NCBI RefSeq assembly: GCF_004010195.1
Contig: NC_057756.1
Coordinates: 2,482,776-2,546,775 of the forward strand
Source: Chiloscyllium plagiosum
Taxonomy: Eukaryota
Direction: 5' to 3'
DNA length: 64,000 nucleotides
Shown here: piece after piece, positions 27,101 through 40,600 of the stretch
Layout: each line of letters opens with the position of its first letter
How positions within the stretch are numbered: the first letter of the stretch is position 1
Translations under genes and position numbers: made by a program
The notes under the pieces: model-generated
What the model was told of the DNA's origin: nothing
What the model saw: only the letters and a program-made list of their open reading frames with translations
Databases searched by the model: none

Positions 27101-29398
27101 CGACGCGGGGTAAACACTTCGGCTTAATTTAAACCAGTAACATAGCAAGGCTTTATCCCGTGAAGTAATATTTAAAAATTGGAAGGCTTTGAAGTACATA
27201 AAGTACAAATTAACAACTTTGTTCATTAAAGTATAACATACAATTATTAACTAACAACTATTTGCAGCTAATTCCTTTAAACTATCTTTTAATTTCCCCT
27301 CTCATACAAGTGTGCTAAAACTCCCTGAATAAAGATTTACCAAAATTTCAAGTTTTTGAAATCAGCCAGCTGTCGAATCTTCTGTTTGAATCTTCCTGTG
27401 TTTTATTTTCTTCTTTGGAGTGATTATGCATCACAGGTCTCAGATCGATAAATGTAAGAGAACAGTTCTCTGGGCAATCTGCAGATTTTGGGAATAATTT
27501 GAACTGATTGGGTGACCTCACCTTTCCTATTCCTAACCTCAGCCCAAACTACCTCAGATGGCAAGTCCTCATCCATCGTCCTTTCCATCGTCCTTTGCTG
27601 TCTCCAGGCAAACAGCTACCCGAGCTACTGAAACACATGTACGATTATAACTTGTTCAGAACAAATGGTGCGGTCAGGTAGTTCTGTTATCTTTTACCTC
27701 TCTGAATTGTACAGTACACCCACAACTTCATAACACTTAAAATGGTTTTGATCACCTTCTCATGATGTCCAGGTACTCCCTCTGATCGTGATGCAACTAC
27801 CTTACTAGCTCTGCCTGAAATTTGCGTTTGAATAAAAAAATCCCACATGTTCACCTGCCACTGATTTCTTTAAAGACCTTTTCATATTAGATGAAAAAGG
27901 CATCTACACGATTCTCATCGAATCTTGACAACATTTGAACATACTTAAGGATATCCCACCAAGCCCTTGGCTATCATGGGTTTTGGTCATGCTCTCTCTT
28001 TCCCTCACTAATCTTATCTTCAGCATTTTTCTCCATCCTTTAAGTTGGCAATGCTATCGGAGTCGCACCTTCTGAAGATGAAATGCGTTTAATTTCTCCT
28101 TTTCTTCTCTCTCACGTACTCACTTTTTCCCTTCTGTCTGATGTGGTCTTCCTTACTTTATATTTTTGTACAGCTAAAATGATTCTCGCATTTTTTTTTC
28201 ATCATCTAACATGGCTCATCTTTTCACTACTTTATCTTGTAACTTGTGTTAATGACTTAACATTAAAGTTTTGCTAACTCCATGGCATTTTTCTGTTTCC
28301 CTGATCTAAACAACCATTTGACCAACTCCATAGCAATGTCAGATTTCCTTTCATAACTAGTATAACCTATCTCTAACTTATTTGCTATTTCGAGAATTAT
28401 ATCCTTCATCTGACTTTCTAAAATTCCTTGGCATAATTGGGTAGCAGATTCAAATCCGAGAAACTCTTGAGAACAATTAAAAAGCTGTTTCTTAATATAC
28501 GAATGGATTTTTCAGCAACTTTAAATGTTGAGCTACTTCGGTAATAATCACACTGTTTTTCAGTACTGGCTGGGTTGCCAGTTCAAACAGCTTTGTCTGC
28601 TTTGCCTTTTTCAGAACCCCCGAAATCACTTTTTTTTTCACCACCAGAAAATCTTAGTGACTGAACCAAATATTGTTATCTGGATTACTGTTAACGTTCG
28701 ACAAACAAACCTCCGGGAACAAAAGACACTAACGCTAATCACTCGTTCTTTTTGAGTCGCACAGCACTAATCACAAGGTGGAATTACTGAACAAATCTCT
28801 CAGACAGCCCCATTCCATTCTGGACTAGGCCAGGCCCCCTCAATTTTTTTCAAGAAGGTAGCACACGCCTTATTTTTAAAAAAAATTGATTTGAACAGGT
28901 GGAGGGCGAATGCTTCAGGGTTGATGCAGCTGGTCCAGTTTTAGGCAAGACAGGAGTTATTTCTCCCTGAACAAAAAGGAACAACTTAAAATGACGTAAG
29001 GTTTTTTCAAATCTAATCGAATCTGTCGCAACGTGTTGATGCTGCCCAAATACTTGCAACATCCAATAAACAGAATTTTGTAAAAGCAAACACAGGTTTT
29101 TACGGAAGAGATGCCAATAAGAGAGAGGATCAGTATAGAGCTGTTTCTTTGGAACTAACAGGTTCACTGATTCCCAACAAAAACATACCCCCCAGCTGCA
29201 AAACTGTCAGACTGCAACAAAGAAAAGCAAAACAGTGAAATGCTGAGCTGGTAGAAATGGCCACTCCCCTTGTCGTGTGAAAGTTTTTTTGAGAGCTTAA
29301 ATAAACAAATAGACAAACTCAGACTTTTATTTAACCTGCGCCTTTACGGCATCTCTGAAGAAACAACAACACTTTGTTGATGGAGTAGCATCGTCACA
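24150..29398 (-). mobile_element. Degraded Gmr1-like Gypsy LTR retrotransposon (gag-integrase-RT) with 5' LTR at about 28820-29398
   Basis: gag HELVPEAFRQRF (26911-27117); integrase Zn-finger H..H..FYWPGMHKDAVEFCQTCHKC (26131-26508); RT KQPPYR..IIEASNS (24836-25066). Confidence 0.82.
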
Positions 29399-30524
29399 GT
29401 GCCAGGAATGCAACTTGTTCTGGGCGCAGACCTGGCAGGATCCAAAGTGTGAGTGACACCCCTCGTGCTGGAGAAACCAAAGAAAAAACAGGCAACTGTT
29501 GAATGAGAAGAAAAATACCCTGCATTTGTTTTCAGTCTGTGTACTAAAGAGATGTGATTATTATAAGCTACTGCAAGAAGAAGAAAAAACAAAAGAGAAA
29601 GGCGAATGATTTGAAGTATTTAGTGCTAAAAGGCTAATGAACTTCCAGAAAGAAATGAGTTGATAAAGAAATATGTTATGATGCTTATTCAGAAAATGAA
29701 TCAAAATGTGTTCTAAGGTTATTATATTAATGACAGAATCTGAAGGCGAAAATGCAGATTATAGCAGATTAGTGAAGAAGAGAAATCATCGGAATTGCAC
29801 CGGATCTTTCTGCCAGTAGCAGACATATTATGGGTAGTACTTGGAGTACCAGTTGGAAGTAATCTACGTGTTAGGAAGAGTCAACCCGATTACAAAAGCA
29901 TTTCTATTGACCTGGACTGCATAATAATGTATTTCAATTTTGCAGCACCTATAAAATTTTCCAGACTATAGTAAAACCACCGGAGAAACCAATGATAGTT
30001 CCTTCCCCGCAGATTTTGGAATCAAATCTAAATAACATGGATTTTGATGTGCCTGAAATACGTTAAATAACGAGGAATTCCTTTGAGATGAGATAGAAAA
30101 GTTAGTTACTCTCTCAGGAGCAAAGCGGTTAAGTGGAATGTTCGATGCAGTAGAATTAGAATGTATGCAGGAATAGAATATTCTGGATTAATAGCGTTAT
30201 GCATGTGGTGGAAGTATGGAATGCTACAGCAATAAAACCAAAGCATCTATCGGCTTAATCCTTTGAAAGCTGCACAGTTCCCAAAGGACGTGGATAATGT
30301 CACTGACATACTTCAAAATGTATGGTTAAAGTGAACCGATGAACTGATGAACCTGGCTCAGGCATGAACACCGTTTTCAAAACGTCTTATTTTGGCCTAA
30401 AACAGCAACTGCGTTTAAATATTTTTGGACACATCATCTTAAAGCAGTGAACTTTGATGTAGTGACGTCATTAAATTTAAATTAAAGTGTAAGATGGTGT
30501 AGGCCAATTGGACATTGTACTCAT

Positions 30525-31590
30525 ACAGTCACAGAGATATGTAGCATGTAGAAAAAATAAACACTTCGGTCCAACTTACCATGACGACAAGATATTCTGA
30601 ACAAATCTAATCCTATTTGACATAAATTCATCCATTTCACTCTAAATATTGCATATTCATGTACTAATCCTCGATTCATGTAAATGCTCTAATGCACTAA
30701 TCTCCACTGGCATCACCATTCATTATTGGCAACACTGCCGAAAAACCTGCCCCTTTAGATCCTTTCCAATGTGTTTGTCCACTCTCACATGAAACGTATG
30801 TCCTCTCTTCTGGACTCACCCAACACATGGAAAGCATATTTTCTATTTTTCACATGCATGCTCCTCATAGATATATAAACCTCGACAAGGTCACCCCTCA
30901 GCCTCTGACACTCCAGGGAAAACAACTTCACTCTACTCAGCCTCTACCGATACCTCAAACCCTCCAACCCTGGAAACAGCCTTGTATTTTTTCTGAACTC
31001 TTTCACATTTCACGATATTCTTCTGATAGCAGGCAGGCCATAAATGAACACTGTATTCGAAATGTGGCCTAACCTGGGTCTCGTTCACCCGGAACATGAC
31101 CTAGACGACAAGAATTAGGAATATGGGATTAGCAGTTTAATTTGCTTTTACATTCTGAAGCTGAGAGACTGCACTCTTTGACTGAATTTATAATTTCTCA
31201 GAGATAGCCGTTGCTCGATGCTCTGATCAATAAAGTAAATCGTACCAAAGACCACCTTCTCTATCACATCTACGCGTGACTACAAATTCAAGCAACCAAT
31301 AAATTGCACTCGAAATTCTCTTTGTTCATCAAAACTCGCCTGGACATTACCATTAATGTCCTGGACATTACCATGTATACGTTATACCCTGATTTGCCCT
31401 CCCAAAATGCAACACCTCTTATTTGTCTCAACTTAACTCCATGTTCTACTCCTCAGATCTCTGACTGACCTGATCAAGATACGTTGTACTCTGAAGTGAC
31501 CTTCACCATCCACTGCAACTCAAGTTTTAATGTCATCTGCAAGCACGCAAACCATACATACATTCATGACATCTACATCTTTTATATAAA
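30525..31590 (-). mobile_element. Degraded CR1 3' fragment
   Basis: aggtcacccctcagcctctgacactccagggaaaa and neighbouring motifs are the reverse complement of the CR1 ORF2 C-terminus. Confidence 0.8.
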
Positions 31591-31828
31591 TGATTAAAAA
31601 CATTTTGGTCAAAGGGAATATTCTAAATAAATGTCCCAAAAATGTTTACAAATGGAGAACGAACAGGTAAGTGCGAATTTATTCAAAACGTTTTGTGGAT
31701 AACTGCGTAATTTGCTAAGAATAACAAATTTTACTGCATCAGAGAGTACAAATGGTGAATCCACAACAGGAATTACTGTAATCAATGGATGAGCTCAACT
31801 CATTAGATGCACACCATTGGTGAGACAT

Positions 31829-32308
31829 TGTGGTGAAAGGGTTAAAATTGTGTCCCAATACATGTGTGAATCTAACCGAAAATGGAAGGTGTCGCTTAGT
31901 CCCGTGTGAATCTTATTACACACCTTCCCGTGTGAATCTTCTTATCTGTATGTGACCAGAAGGGAATGTGTTTTTCAGCCTTGCTCTGCTGTTCACATGA
32001 ATGTTTCGATCTCGAAAAGAGTATATCAGCTGGAAAAGTCTCCAGTTCGGTAGAGTCTGCTCCGGGGTTGCGTTTAACCGCCGAGCGTGGGTTGTTGGCA
32101 ACCGCTCTACGAGAACTGACGGCTCCCAGTTCCGGTAACACGTAGAGTGAGTATAAACCAGACCCGTTGTAAGTACGAGACCTGGTTGTGGCGACGCTGC
32201 GGGGAATAAAACACTTATATTCTAGCAGACTCGCCTCTTGGCTGTTTGTTCTGTGTCAGACTACTTTCCTGCGAGCCTGGTCCTTGACCTTGAGAATTTT
32301 TTAAAACA
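31829..32308 (+). mobile_element. Solo LTR, 480 bp, with 5-bp TSD GACAT
   Basis: TG...CA termini; GACAT at 31824-31828 and 32309-32313; TATAAA at 32152; AATAAA at 32205; CpG-rich. Confidence 0.88.
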
Positions 32309-32479
32309 GACATGAAATATGATGGTCACCAGTGCTTCAGCCGTACTCGCTCTTACGACGTCCATTCCTTAAATTACTGCAAATTACTTGCTTCTTTATT
32401 CACCTGTTCACTATCTATTCGGCATAATTACCAAATCAGTAGTTGCAACTATCCAACAACAATAAAAAAGTCCTGATGG

Positions 32480-33330
32480 ACAACAGGATCTGGACCAGAT
32501 GGGCCAATGGGCTGAGAAGTGGCAGATGAGGTTTAATTCAGATGAATGCGAGATGCTGCATTTTGTGAAAGCAAATCTTAGCAGGAATTATACACTTAAT
32601 GTTAAGGTCCTAGGAGTGTTGCTGAACAAAGAGACCTTGGAGTGCAGGTTCATAGCTCCTTGAAAGTGGAGTCGCAGGTAGATAGGATAGTGAAGAAGGC
32701 GTTTGGTATGCTTTCCTTTATTGATTAGAGTATTGAGTACAGGAGTTGGGAGGTCATGTTGCGACTGTACAGGACATTGGTTAGGCCACTGTTGGAATAT
32801 TGCGTGCAATTCTGGTCTCATTCCTGACGGAAGGATGTGAAACTTGAAAGGGTTCAGAAAAGATTTATAAGGATGTTGCTAGGGTTGGAGGATCTGAGCT
32901 ATAGGGAGAGGCTGAACAGGCTGTGGCTGTTTTTCCTGGAGGGTCGAAGGCTGAGGGGTGACCTAATAGAGGTTTACAAAATTATGAGGGTCATGGATAG
33001 GATAAATAGACAAAGTCTTTCCCCAGGGGTAGGGGAGTCCAGAACTAGAGGGCATAGGTTTAGGGTGAGAGGGAAAAGATATGAAAGAGATCTAAGGGGC
33101 AAGTTTTTCATGCAGAGGGTGGTATGTGTATGGAATAAGCTGCCAGAGGATGTGGTGGAGGCTGGTACAATTGCAACATTCAAGAGGCATTTGGATGGGT
33201 ACATGCATTGAAATGGTTTGGAGGGATGTGTGCCGGGTCTGTCAGGTGGGACGAGATTGGGTTGGGATATCTGGTCAGCATGGACGGGTTGGACAGACCG
33301 GTCTGTTTCCATGCTGTACATCTCTATGAC
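32480..33330 (+). mobile_element. Relatively young CR1 3' fragment
   Basis: ORF LERVQKRFIRML..RGDLIEVYKIM..TRGH..WNKLP; 3' UTR ending ctgtacatctctatgac. Confidence 0.93.
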
Positions 33331-33433
33331 CCCATGACCTTTGGAAAATTCAAAGATGGAGGGTGGTTTATTTGAAGAAATTTTTAAAAATTCCCAAACA
33401 AACTTATTCATAGTCACTTGAAAATAGCAATGC

Positions 33434-33800
33434 TTAATCGAACCTGGGTCCCCGTGGCTGTGAGGCATCAGTGCGAAATACTGAGCCACCGTACCACTCA
33501 TCTGGTACGTTGGTAAGTGGCGAGCACTGTTGCCTCACAGTGAACGGGAACCGGGTTCGATTCCCACATTGGTGACTGTGTGGAATCATGTATGCTCTCC
33601 CCGTGTTTCCTCCGGGTGCCCTGGTTTCTTCCAACAATCCAAACATGTGCATGCCAGTTGAATTGGCCATGCAAACTTGTCCATAATGTTAAGTACATTG
33701 ATCAGGGATAAATGGAAGGCAATGCGTCTGGGAGTGTTACTCTTGGGCGATTCAATGTGAAATCGTTGGGGTGAAGGGTCTGTTTCCGCACTGTATGGAA
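33434..33800. mobile_element. Head-to-head HE1-like SINEs (minus-strand head 33434-33496; plus-strand copy about 33504-33800)
   Basis: Inverted tRNA-like heads: atcgaacctgggtccc..ctgtgaggca..gagccaccgtacc versus ggtacg..gcctcacag..gggttcgattccc. Confidence 0.8.
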
Positions 33801-34428
33801 TCCAATCGAAACAATGGAGAGTGAAATAATACGTGAGGGCAGTCTATTTCTTCAGCAAACCCTCAAATTGTCTGTCTTCCAGTAAGCATAGAAATTACTT
33901 AGAAGTGGCAAGTCAGTATGTATCACAAAATCCAGTAAATAATAACATCGGGACTTTTCAATGTTTGTTAGAGTTGAACACCAGATTCGTGACCAGAGGC
34001 GTGGGAATTCCGATCGTGCTCTGACTGAGGCTTTAATGACAGAACGGACGTGAAATTTGCTTTATGAAAATATTGCAAGGAAGTGAAACAATTAGATTTA
34101 CTCCTTGCTTACAAATGTCGAATTTATGTTAATCTAACAGACTCACACAGTGTATAGGACATCTGAAAGATGAAGCTAATATCAAGGATTAACATCAAAG
34201 CATAAGTGCCGTTTTATATTTATTTTGATATGACAATAACGAACGCTTTACGGTACTTTGTGTTAACTTTCCAGATGGATGTCAGAAGACGTCTTAATGA
34301 GTCAACAGGAAGAGAAGTTCAGATATGTTGTCAGGAGATATAATTTATATAATACAATATTGTTCATATTTTCACCTACATGGAGAGTTGTTACTTTGTA
34401 TGAACATGAGGTAGTGCAAGAGAAGAAG

Positions 34429-34644
<216 letters not shown>

Positions 34645-35671
34645 TGAAGGAAGGTCGACAGACAGGCAGACACAGATCGTGTGGCTGTTGGATTGCTGAA
34701 AAAAATCCAACAGAAACATTATTGTTATTGCTTTATCTTGCAACTATGAGAGTGTCACCTTATATGAAGTCTGAATCATTCAAAATCAGAAATATTTCAC
34801 TGATAATTATTAACTGGCTATGTGGCAGAAATGTCTTAATTTTCCTGTAGTCACTGATAGAACATAAAACAAAGCACAGAGGCCCATGGACCAGACCGAA
34901 AAATAAAAAACTGTTCATGAAATATGAAACTTGAGTTTGAGTTAGAGCGAGATAAAGGATAAAGATGTCTGTTGATTCCTTTCAACAAAGTAGACCAATG
35001 CCGGATCGAAGGAGAGCACAAATTCATTGAAAAAAGTTTAATAGCATAAGTTGACAGCATAAGTTTTAAACCGCATGTATCAATGAAGAAGTATATGTCT
35101 AAAGGTGAGTGGAAACCATTGTCTTTGCGTGGTTGAGTGGCATTTGTTTGAGAGAACAGAAGACGGTGAGCAAAAGAGCAAAAAGTAGGCTGAGACACAG
35201 AAGGGCAGCGAGATGGAGGGTGTCAGATCGACCAAGAGAGAGACAATGAAAGACTTTTCTGCAGAAAGGCAACCAGAAACGTAGATGTCAGTGTGAGCGA
35301 AAAACATTTGCAAGGAAATGTTTCATCACAAAGATCATGAAATCACTGATGATCATTAATATTAGAACTCAGAGAACTTCAACTTAAAGGAAAGATGAAT
35401 TATCGAATTCTGCACTGTTTCAGTTATAGTATTCATACAAAAATGCAAATAATATTATCACCATTAGGTTCTGTGGAACTGAAGAATTGCAATGAAGATA
35501 TTTGCTATGCCAATTGTAGCCATTGGGCAAACGAATATCTAATAGACTGTGACCTCAGTTTTTCCTCCACTAATCACTTCCTGGTCAATATTAATACTTC
35601 TACCTAGATTTATTTTATTGGAAAATTGAACTTTGATCAAACGATATTAATCAAGGTCGACACAATGATAC

Positions 35672-35692
35672 ATATCGAAAGAAAGAAAACTG
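35672..35692 (+). pseudogene. Degenerate 21-nt heptad pseudo-exon (DIERKKT), acceptor lost
   Basis: gatAC|atatcgaaagaaagaaaactg|GTaatt. Confidence 0.35.
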
Positions 35693-35892
35693 GTAATTGT
35701 GGTATCTGGATAAACAATGATGGCAGATGTATGCCGATTTGTTCAGTCTTTAATGTTATTGAATTCTGTACTCAATAAAGATAAACATAAAATTGATTAT
35801 TTTAAGTCACAGTTGGATTCGAAAGGTGTTCCTTACATTGCTGATATTTAGAAATTGTGGAGTGCAAAGAAAAATATTATTTTCCCTTGCTG

Positions 35893-35913
35893 ATCTGAAG
35901 AAACATCTCTCAG
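35893..35913 (+). pseudogene. Degenerate 21-nt heptad pseudo-exon (DLKKHLS), both splice sites altered
   Basis: tttcccttgcTG|atctgaagaaacatctctcag|GAaaat; resembles the 53318 exon. Confidence 0.45.
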
Positions 35914-36660
35914 GAAAATTTATTAACAAAAAAATCCAAAAACGTATTCATTCGGATGTTAGGTATAATTGTGCTAATAAGGTTGCCATGCGACTGAGTG
36001 GCTTTCAAGCACTCAGATCAAAATATGGCATTATGTTGGCTGCGAAAAGATTGTCTGATGCTCAGTAACAGTTTTATTCATGTAAGGAAACTGCTACACT
36101 TACAATGATTAAACAAGGGACAGCTTCCATGAACCAACAAACAGATACAGGCCTAACTTTTCATGTGCCATGACATTTGAAAATAACATAAAAATTGAGT
36201 TTCTATGTGAAGTTCAGTCGCAAATACCAGACACACCAGCGGCGGGATGGGAGGCCAAACGTTGAGCTGAGTTGGTGCGAGAGAAACAGTTACCTATCTG
36301 AAAGGCAGACGAGAACAGCTGTTTATTTCTCATAAAATTTCCAAAATTTGAGTTTCCTCTCTGTGAGCAATTTTTGTGTAAAGTCGAAAATCTGCACTCT
36401 TCATTCCAAATATCTGTAAGAAAAATGTTGCATTTCATACATAAAGAGTTTATCATAACAATGCACTTGGTAGAAAGCAGGGACAGATTTCCAATTCATG
36501 ATAATTCCTGATTGTTGGATTGAATGAGAAAGATCTGCGTTAGCTGGCACAGTTGCTGTTATTGATATTCCATTTCAAGGAAACCAATTGCATATTTTGA
36601 ATTTGCTATCATTTGCATATCAGTGTAAAATTTAACACTCTGCACTATTTTGTTCTGCAG

Positions 36661-36681
36661 CACTTGCAAAGGAGCAAGCAG
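36661..36681 (+). CDS. 21-nt heptad micro-exon (ALAKEQA)
   Basis: ttttgttctgcAG|cacttgcaaaggagcaagcag|GTatag; 19/21 identical to the 48731 exon, both differences synonymous. Confidence 0.78.
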
Positions 36682-37674
36682 GTATAGACAAAAAGATTAA
36701 AGATTTTTTGACGAATAAGTGTATGCCACTATGATGGTAAATGTGGTTCTGAGAAATTGATTTATGTGATATTTTGCTTAAGAATGCGATGCATTCGGGA
36801 AGAAAAGGATAGAAAATTTCATCAATTAATACTGCACAATAGGGATATCCTTTGATTGCCTATGGCAAAGAAAAAAGATATAATGCAGAAGGAGAGCATA
36901 TCCAATATTACCAATGAGTCAAACAAAATGTTGTCACTGAAATACATTTGGTAATTCTCTGGAAAGGGAAATACTGTTATGTTTGCAGAGTAAGTTGTTT
37001 ACTTAAGATGTCGAGGAACACAGATCTGTCAAAAAAAAAGTTTTTTTGTGTGTGCTCATGACAGGCGAGCATACAATTAAGTGAAAGGTGGGGGAACCGA
37101 AGTAGACAGAAAGGCAGCGACGCAGAGAGAGAGGGGGCCGAAGGTAAAGGCAAACATAGACAGAGAGAGTGAAGTCACAAGGAATTGACGAGGAAATGTT
37201 TGGACACAATTTGCCTTTTGTCACTTGATTCTGTATCATTTCACAACCTTGAGAACATGCTGTGTACGACTAAGCTCAGAAGTGATTTTGTTCAAATTAG
37301 TGATCCATTCATGCAAAGTAATGTTTTGCTTCATTTTGGCCTGGAGAGCAGAAAAAAAGTTCAAATAAGTTATTGCTTGCACTAATTTCTGTCACAGGAG
37401 AAATGCAAGTTTAGTGAATTAAGAACAAACTTCCTCCGCAACATCTGTTCAATTACTTCATGCGATAGAAATATCGAATTTCTGTCACAAAAACTAACCA
37501 AAGCCAGAAGGTGCACCTTACTATATTAGAAACGAATACTGCTGTCTGAAAAGAAGCCCAGACAGTCCAGTGTGTGGTTCTCTGTTTCTTTTTCTTTCAG
37601 GTGATTTATGACTAAGATGAAGATACATAAGTCAGAGTCCTTTTGACGAGCTATTTTAACACTGAAGTTGAGTC

Positions 37675-40600
37675 AATTATGGACCAGGCCTGCACCCCTC
37701 AAAACATTTCAAGAAAGTTGTCCTGGGCATAACTTTGATAGTTGTTTTAAGCATGTCTAACACGGATATTTCGGGGGAATGCAGTTGGTCAAAACATGCT
37801 GTTTTAAAGAGAATAGTATTTATTTATAAAAATACCGAAAGAAACACAAAATAGAGAATCGCATAATGATTAACTTTAACTATATGAAAACCTAACATAT
37901 CATCCTAACTAAGTAATATTATTTCAAATACTTGGAGAAATCCCCATAAACGCCCCTTGGAACAAAAGGTAAAATCAATCACAGGGCCTTACAGCAGAGA
38001 TGTCATAGAGATGGCCTGAAAACCTTTCCAAGCACAGTCTTTTCTGAGTTCATGGCTTTTATGATTTCCCGAAAAAAAAGGTCAGGGTCACTATAATCTT
38101 ATTCAAGAAGGAGTATTGTCACATGTGATCCATTAAAAGAAAACCATCAATGGTCCAATGACGACCTCATTTTAAAAATCCTTAATCTTCAACTGCTATG
38201 ACTGTGCAGCACACATATACATTATTTTGAAAATAATCATGCAAACATGCATTTCTACATTTTGTTTCAGTCCGTTTTACCCCTGCTACCAAACACCTCT
38301 GTTTCTCCTTCAGGTCTCGACATTGCGTTAGCTATCATATTTTGTCGTCCTTTCACATGGATAATTTGCAAACTGTGTGGCTCTAAAAACAAGCACCACC
38401 CAAACAGTCTGATTTTATTGATCTTGCATTTCTCCATGACTGGAAATGTGTTATGTTCTGTATAATTGATTGTCTCAGATAAGTTAATAATAACATCAAG
38501 CTTGATATGTTGAAAAGCCAACACGAGGCCCAAAGTCATCTTCTCAACAGTGAAATATTTCTGCTGTTGAATGTTCAATTTCGAGAAAAATACACGATAG
38601 GTCTTTCTATTTTTTCATTGTCTTCCTGCAAGAACACAGCACCAACACTCATATCACTTGCATCGAAAGTCAATTGAACTGCGCTGCACAATTAGGTATG
38701 GCTAAGACTTGGACATTGGTTAACACAGCTCTTCAGACTGTCAAATATATTCCGCCATTCCCCTGTGCACTAAAACTTAAGGTTTTCCTTAGCAAATCAG
38801 TGAGTGGAGCAGCCACACTGTCAAAATTTGTAACACTTTTATTAGAAAATCCATCAATTCTAGGAACCGTCATTTGTTCACGTACATTAATATGGTACAG
38901 AAAGGTGATTTGAACTTTTGAAATTCACTTAACTATGTTTGACACCAAGGCTGCCTTAAGAATTCGATGAGACAAGTCTGATAATTGTTGCAAATATTCC
39001 TTCTATGAATTTTTAAAATTCACAAGTTGATCGACATTCATAACACAGTTGGCTAATTCGTCAATGGTCTTGTTTCTTAGGCTCCGAAACATGGCGGGTG
39101 TATATATCATATCAAATGGCATGACTTTAAACAGATATAGAGCATTTGGCGTTCCGAAAGCTGAAATTGCCTTCACTTTTTCTGACAATGCTATCTCTGA
39201 GCAAGTCCAATTTAGAATTATAATTTGCTTCTTCCACCTTTTCAACACAGTCTTCAAAACGTGGAATCGGTAATGCATCAATCTTTGTAACTGCATTTAC
39301 TTTAGGATAGCCCACACATAAAGGAAGCATAGTATTTAGTTTTGGCAGCGTTCTTACGGATTAGCTTCCATCACTGTAACTCACTTCGATTGCATTGTCT
39401 TGGAACATGTGTTCAAACTCCTTTAGTACTTTTGAGGTAACCTTACCTAACGTTAGAGAATTATTCCTTTAAGAATGTTTCTTAATCGGAATGACATCCC
39501 CTCTATCTACATCATGTATAAGTAGATTTAAACTTCCCAATTTCATCCCACATTTTTGCCCAAGAGATAGTAATTTTGGGTCATTTTGATTTTTTTAGGA
39601 ACGTAACACTGTAATTTATCCCAATTTTTTGACAACCTCTTCATTGTCAATCTAATTTCAGGATGGCCATTTCACAATCCTCTGAAATTGTTCCATCCCT
39701 CTCTACTGTAATAAATAACACATTCTCGTCTTGCTTTCCTTCCCTGTCAAAGTATCTTCTGAGCATAATGACAGAATACACTCTGCTCGCATTCGTTCTG
39801 CCTGCATTCCTTACCAAATAATTCATCTCACTCAGTATCCTTCCAAGTTCATAAGGTTCATTAAATGATACCTTTAAAGTTTCATTACTCCTTGGAAGTA
39901 ACGGAAATACTTCATACCCGACAGTAAAGTTGTGAGTTTTTGATTTCTTGTCTGCTAAATGTTTCATTGTGTGCTGTAAATTCTGCCTATAAATTCTGCT
40001 CAAACAACTCTTCTGCTGTCTTTGAACGATCTCTAAAATTTGACACATAGTCCAAATACGTGGGCTCTGAATTGTGACTTAACATTTTCTCCTTTATAAA
40101 TTTCAGCTGTCCTTTTAGTTCATGCCCAAAAACTAATTCAGATGGGTTGAATTTTTTGAATTCATTTGGTGCTCTCTGATCACAAAAAGCACAAAGGGAA
40201 TTCTCTTATCCCAATCATCAAGGTAGCCTTGGCAATAAGCCCTCAACATTGTCTTTAAGGTCAGATGCCGCCTCTCTACCCTTCCCACGACTCTGGATGT
40301 TATGTAATAGATTTTAATTGATCTATTCCGAAGCTATCTGTAACTTATTTGAAAAATTTTGTTGTAAATTTCAATTGATGATCTGACTACGTCTCTGCTG
40401 GGAGTCTGTATCCCCTGAAATATGTGAGTATACTTTTAGTGGTGATATTGTGTAATAGGACAGCCTCTGAAATCCAAGTGGGCACATACTGATTGCCACA
40501 TTTTGTTTTACGTCACAGTCCTACGAATTCAAATAAGACTGTTATAACGTGGTCCTCAAAGGAAGGCGTGGGCTTTTTTCTACTTCCTGAGGTTTTTCAA

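Noticed and set aside
29536..29553. 18-nt AG/GT unit (VCVLKR)
   Set aside because: Weak donor and composition unlike the array; likely chance.
37601..37635. Strong acceptor-like tract tttctttttctttcAG
   Set aside because: The phase-1 frame hits TGA at the fourth codon and there is no donor at 21 nt.
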